This document shows, in pieces, positions 61,901-64,000 of a stretch of DNA of 64,000 bases. Position 1 is the stretch's first letter, and every line of letters starts with the position of its first letter. The notes beneath the pieces were generated by a model. The model saw only the letters and a program-made list of their open reading frames with translations. It searched no databases and was not told the DNA's origin. Position numbers and translations under genes: made by a program. The stretch comes from an uncultured delta proteobacterium (GTDB lineage: Bacteria > Desulfobacterota > Desulfuromonadia > Geobacterales > DSM-12255), in contig CAWBBV010000005.1 of NCBI GenBank assembly GCA_963787125.1, positions 32,001 through 96,000 of the forward strand. The letters run 5' to 3'.

Positions 61901-62416
61901 GTAGTAGCGGTCAGGAAAGATATCCGCGTACCAGCTGGCAGCTGCGGCAGCCTCCTCCATCCGGTTACGACCGCAAAGCCAGGCCACCTCCCCTTTCAGG
62001 CAGGCAGACATGGCGATCAGCCCCTCAGAGTGCTTTGCCAGGAGTTCCCTGTCGATGCGCGGCTTATAGTAGAAACCGTCCTTGTAACCGGCGGAGGAGA
62101 GTATAGAGAGATTTTTGTACCCCTGAAGATTCATGCAGAGTAAAACGATATGGAAATTCGAGACACCGTCAGCCCCGCCACCCTCTTTAAGGGTCCTTGA
62201 GCCGGGAGCGATGTAAAGCTCAGCGCCGATAATCGGTTTGATCCCTTCAGATTTACACTTTGTATAAAATTCTATTGCCCCGAACATGCAGCCGTGATCT
62301 GTGACAGCAACGGCCGGCATGTTAAAATCCTTGGCCTTTTTAACCAGGTCGTCAATCCGGATAGCGCCGTCAAGTAGCGAATATTGAGAGTGGAGATGCA
62401 GATGGACAAAAGACAT
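58955..62416 (-). CDS. dnaE: DNA polymerase III alpha subunit
   Basis: HLHLHSQYSLLDG, GRGSAAGS, PDIDVDF, YGFNKSH. Confidence 0.98.
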   Translation of the reverse strand: MSFVHLHLHSQYSLLDGAIRIDDLVKKAKDFNMPAVAVTDHGCMFGAIEFYTKCKSEGIKPIIGAELYIAPGSRTLKEGGGADGVSNFHIVLLCMNLQGYKNLSILSSAGYKDGFYYKPRIDRELLAKHSEGLIAMSACLKGEVAWLCGRNRMEEAAAAASWYADIFPDRYYIEIQENTLPEQDLVNKRLIQIAADLNLPLVATNDCHYLNKDDAKAHEVLLCIQTGKTMNDPNRMHFSAEEFYVKSPEEMAAAFSYAPEAVANTLAIAERCDVKFDFSTYHFPKIDHEPDMTLDRMLEDDAVKGLEARFDAIRKKKPDFSSADEELYRKRLQLELECIKQMGFPGYFLIVADFINWAKGQDIPVGPGRGSAAGSLVAYATRITDIDPIPYNLLFERFLNPERISMPDIDVDFCTQGREQVIQYVTEKYGRDKVCQIITFGTMAARGVIRDVGRAVDMSYGDVDRIAKLIPEVLGITLQKALEQEPKLRELAAADPKVKELIEIALRLEGLARHASTHAAGVVVAPDMLEEFCPVYKDQKTGLINTQYSMKYVEKIGLVKFDFLGLKNLTVIDNAVKLIRIGKDPDFDIALLADDDALSYQLISEGNTTGVFQLESSGIREMLRDLKPSCFEDVIAAVALYRPGPLNSGMVKDFIERKHGRKKVVYDLPELEPILKDTYGVIVYQEQVMQISRTLAGYSLGGADLLRRAMGKKDASVMAKEKIPFLAGAKEQGIDLKKAEAVFDLMAMFAEYGFNKSHSAAYALIAYQTAYLKAHYPVEFMAALLTEDMGNTDKIVKNINDCREMGIELLPPDINESELSFRVIGKSIRFGFGAIKNVGESAILAMLEARNGEPFTDIFNFCERVDLRKVNKRVLESLVKCGAFDATGARRSALYTVLEDAANIGQRIQDERNSAQVSLFGTAEIVKNNGNGHGNLPEVREWDEKMRLGFEKECLGFYLTGHPLGRYQAEMKRFSSYDTAGFAEISDKTEVRLCGVVVALKEFITKKGERMGFVTLEDLVGSIELVVLPNIFQSVAEFLKSDEPLLVAGTFERGEKSNKILASSIQSLRAVSERETKAVSFKVLSADLDTARLESLKGILQRHHGDCQTRLHIVLPDLCTAVVKLPQECHVAPTEGLSMEVEDLLGYNAVTFE

Positions 62417-62529
62417 ATGTAATACGACTCCAGCGAAGATATCTGTTCAGAGGGTCAGAAAAGAAGGGGAACATTTTTACTGTAGCTAAAACTTCAAGTG
62501 ATTATGCCTTGAATCGCTGCCGTTGTCAA

Positions 62530-62561
62530 CGATCAGACCGGCTCACGATCAGACCGGCTCA
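62530..62561. repeat. Perfect 16-bp tandem duplication
   Basis: CGATCAGACCGGCTCA x2. Confidence 0.9.
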
Positions 62562-62677
62562 GGGTGCGGATGGATTCTCATCATACCCATTGATAAGGCT
62601 TCATTTTAGCGTTATTCTCCCCTGATAAAATCTAAAAGTGCAGGACATTAATTCCCGCCGGGGCGATTCACCTCACA

Positions 62678-64000
62678 ATGCAAAGGAGAGTTACACTGAA
62701 AGCTGTTGTTTATCGAAATTTAGCAATCCTGACCTTACTGGTTGCGGCAATCTTTGGCAACACCCTCGGGCACGGTTTTGTCTGGGATGACACTCTCTTT
62801 GTACCGGATGGCGAGGTGTACAGAAATTTCGACATCCGGGCCATTTTCTTCTCTCTCAAGGCGAACGGCCTTGAATACCTGCCCGTTCGAGACCTTAGCT
62901 ATGCTCTGGATTGCGCTCTCTGGAAGGATAATCCGGCAGGCTATCACTTCAGTAATCTTCTAATTTTCTGGTTGACCATTCTTGCCATTTACTTTTTTGT
63001 CCACAGACTTGCAGAGCGCTGCGGGGAGACAACTCCGGCCAAGCCGCATAAAATCGCCTTTCTTACTGCCGCGCTGTTTACGGTGCACCCCATTCACAGC
63101 GAGGTGGTCAGTTTTATCACTTGTCGCAATGTCCTTTTGTCGGGCCTGTTTCTGTTTCTTGCCTGCACTGCCTGGCTTAACTACCTGAACAGCAGCGGCA
63201 CACGGCGGGCCGTGATGTATGCCGCAGCCCTGCTCTGCTTTACTCTTTCCCTGTTTTCCAAGGCAACCGGCATTATCTTGCCCCTGATTCTGTTCTGCAT
63301 AACCTGGATGACCTGCAGGACCTTCTCCCGCCGCCATCTGCTTGAGCTGACACCGTTTTTCATCCTCTCTGGAAGCGCTTATTTCCTTTTCACGACAATC
63401 GCCCGCAAAACCGATGTGTTCCTGCGGGAGCCGTACAGTGCAACCATGTTCGCTAAAATTGTTCTGGCGGTGCAGATCCCTTTTTTCTATCTGGAGAAAC
63501 TTATCATTCCATGCGGCTTTTCAGCTGACTACGGCACCGAACAGTTCTCTCAAACCCTGACAGCTCCAAGCGTCGGCGGCGCACTGCTGCTGGTCTTACT
63601 GAGCGGGCTCAGCTGGCGCTACCGGAACAGTGCAGGGCTGTTTGCATTTGCCTTCGTCTGGTTCCTGATAGCTCTCATCCCGGCGCTGCATCTGTTTCCC
63701 ACTCTCCCGGTCGTTGCCGATCGTTATGCCTTTCTGCCATCCTTTGGCTGCTGCTTTCTGGTTGCACTGGCAGGGGCGCAACTGCAGGGGCGACGCTTCT
63801 GGTTTGCGGCAGCGCCGCTCGTTCTGGTGCTTGCCGTGCTTGCCTGGCGGCAGAATCTTGCCTGGAAAAATGACACGACTTTGTGGGAAAGCACTCTTGC
63901 GGCCTCGCCCCGATCAACAACAGCCCTTGCTGAGCTTGGCCGGATTTTCTTCTGGGAGGAAAGGAATGTTCAAAAGGCGATGGCGATGTACCGCAGGTCG
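62678..64000 (+). CDS. TMTC-like GT-C membrane glycosyltransferase / TPR protein (partial, runs off window)
   Basis: Manual translation: NTLGHGFVWDD, YLPVRDLSYALD, GYHFSN, HPIHSEVV, VADRYAFLP; absent from ORF track because no stop in window. Confidence 0.8.
   Translation, partial: MQRRVTLKAVVYRNLAILTLLVAAIFGNTLGHGFVWDDTLFVPDGEVYRNFDIRAIFFSLKANGLEYLPVRDLSYALDCALWKDNPAGYHFSNLLIFWLTILAIYFFVHRLAERCGETTPAKPHKIAFLTAALFTVHPIHSEVVSFITCRNVLLSGLFLFLACTAWLNYLNSSGTRRAVMYAAALLCFTLSLFSKATGIILPLILFCITWMTCRTFSRRHLLELTPFFILSGSAYFLFTTIARKTDVFLREPYSATMFAKIVLAVQIPFFYLEKLIIPCGFSADYGTEQFSQTLTAPSVGGALLLVLLSGLSWRYRNSAGLFAFAFVWFLIALIPALHLFPTLPVVADRYAFLPSFGCCFLVALAGAQLQGRRFWFAAAPLVLVLAVLAWRQNLAWKNDTTLWESTLAASPRSTTALAELGRIFFWEERNVQKAMAMYRRS

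Noticed and set aside
60440..62143. 567-aa plus-strand ORF (similarly 50397-51689, 55748-57022, 47862-48686)
   Set aside because: Antisense shadows of well-supported genes, expected from codon bias

Overview
Chromosomal window from a Geobacteraceae-like deltaproteobacterium (inferred from gene content). Most of it is housekeeping, mainly on the minus strand: recJ-secF-secD-yajC-tgt, tRNA-Cys, a 2-oxoacid:ferredoxin oxidoreductase, glgA, an MCP, aguAB, murJ, mazG, tlyA, an EF-G paralogue, coaX-birA-nadC, a 12-heme cytochrome, accA and dnaE. Two accessory zones stand out. (1) 1-7.1 kb is the distal end of an integron gene-cassette array; no integrase is in the window. It has four clear attC sites, and in each of the three fully visible cassettes the R'' core is the exact reverse complement of the preceding R' core. 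The cassettes carry immunity-like or exported proteins (two paralogous lipoproteins, SMI1/KNR4, an Ig/FN3 protein). A class IIC group II intron is inserted antisense in the fourth attC and its RT has a 1-nt frameshift. A decayed tail follows, with two toxin-antitoxin (TA) pairs and a divergent Hfq-like gene, and it abuts a stand-alone Cas6-family gene with no CRISPR array. (2) About 50-58 kb is a TA-rich block with opposite-strand attC-like sites, bracketed by two near-identical hairpins. Other signals: a five-box DnaA cluster away from dnaA, a lipoprotein caspase-like protease with a DUF4384 partner, and several REP/MITE families. All calls come from reading the sequence; no database search was run.
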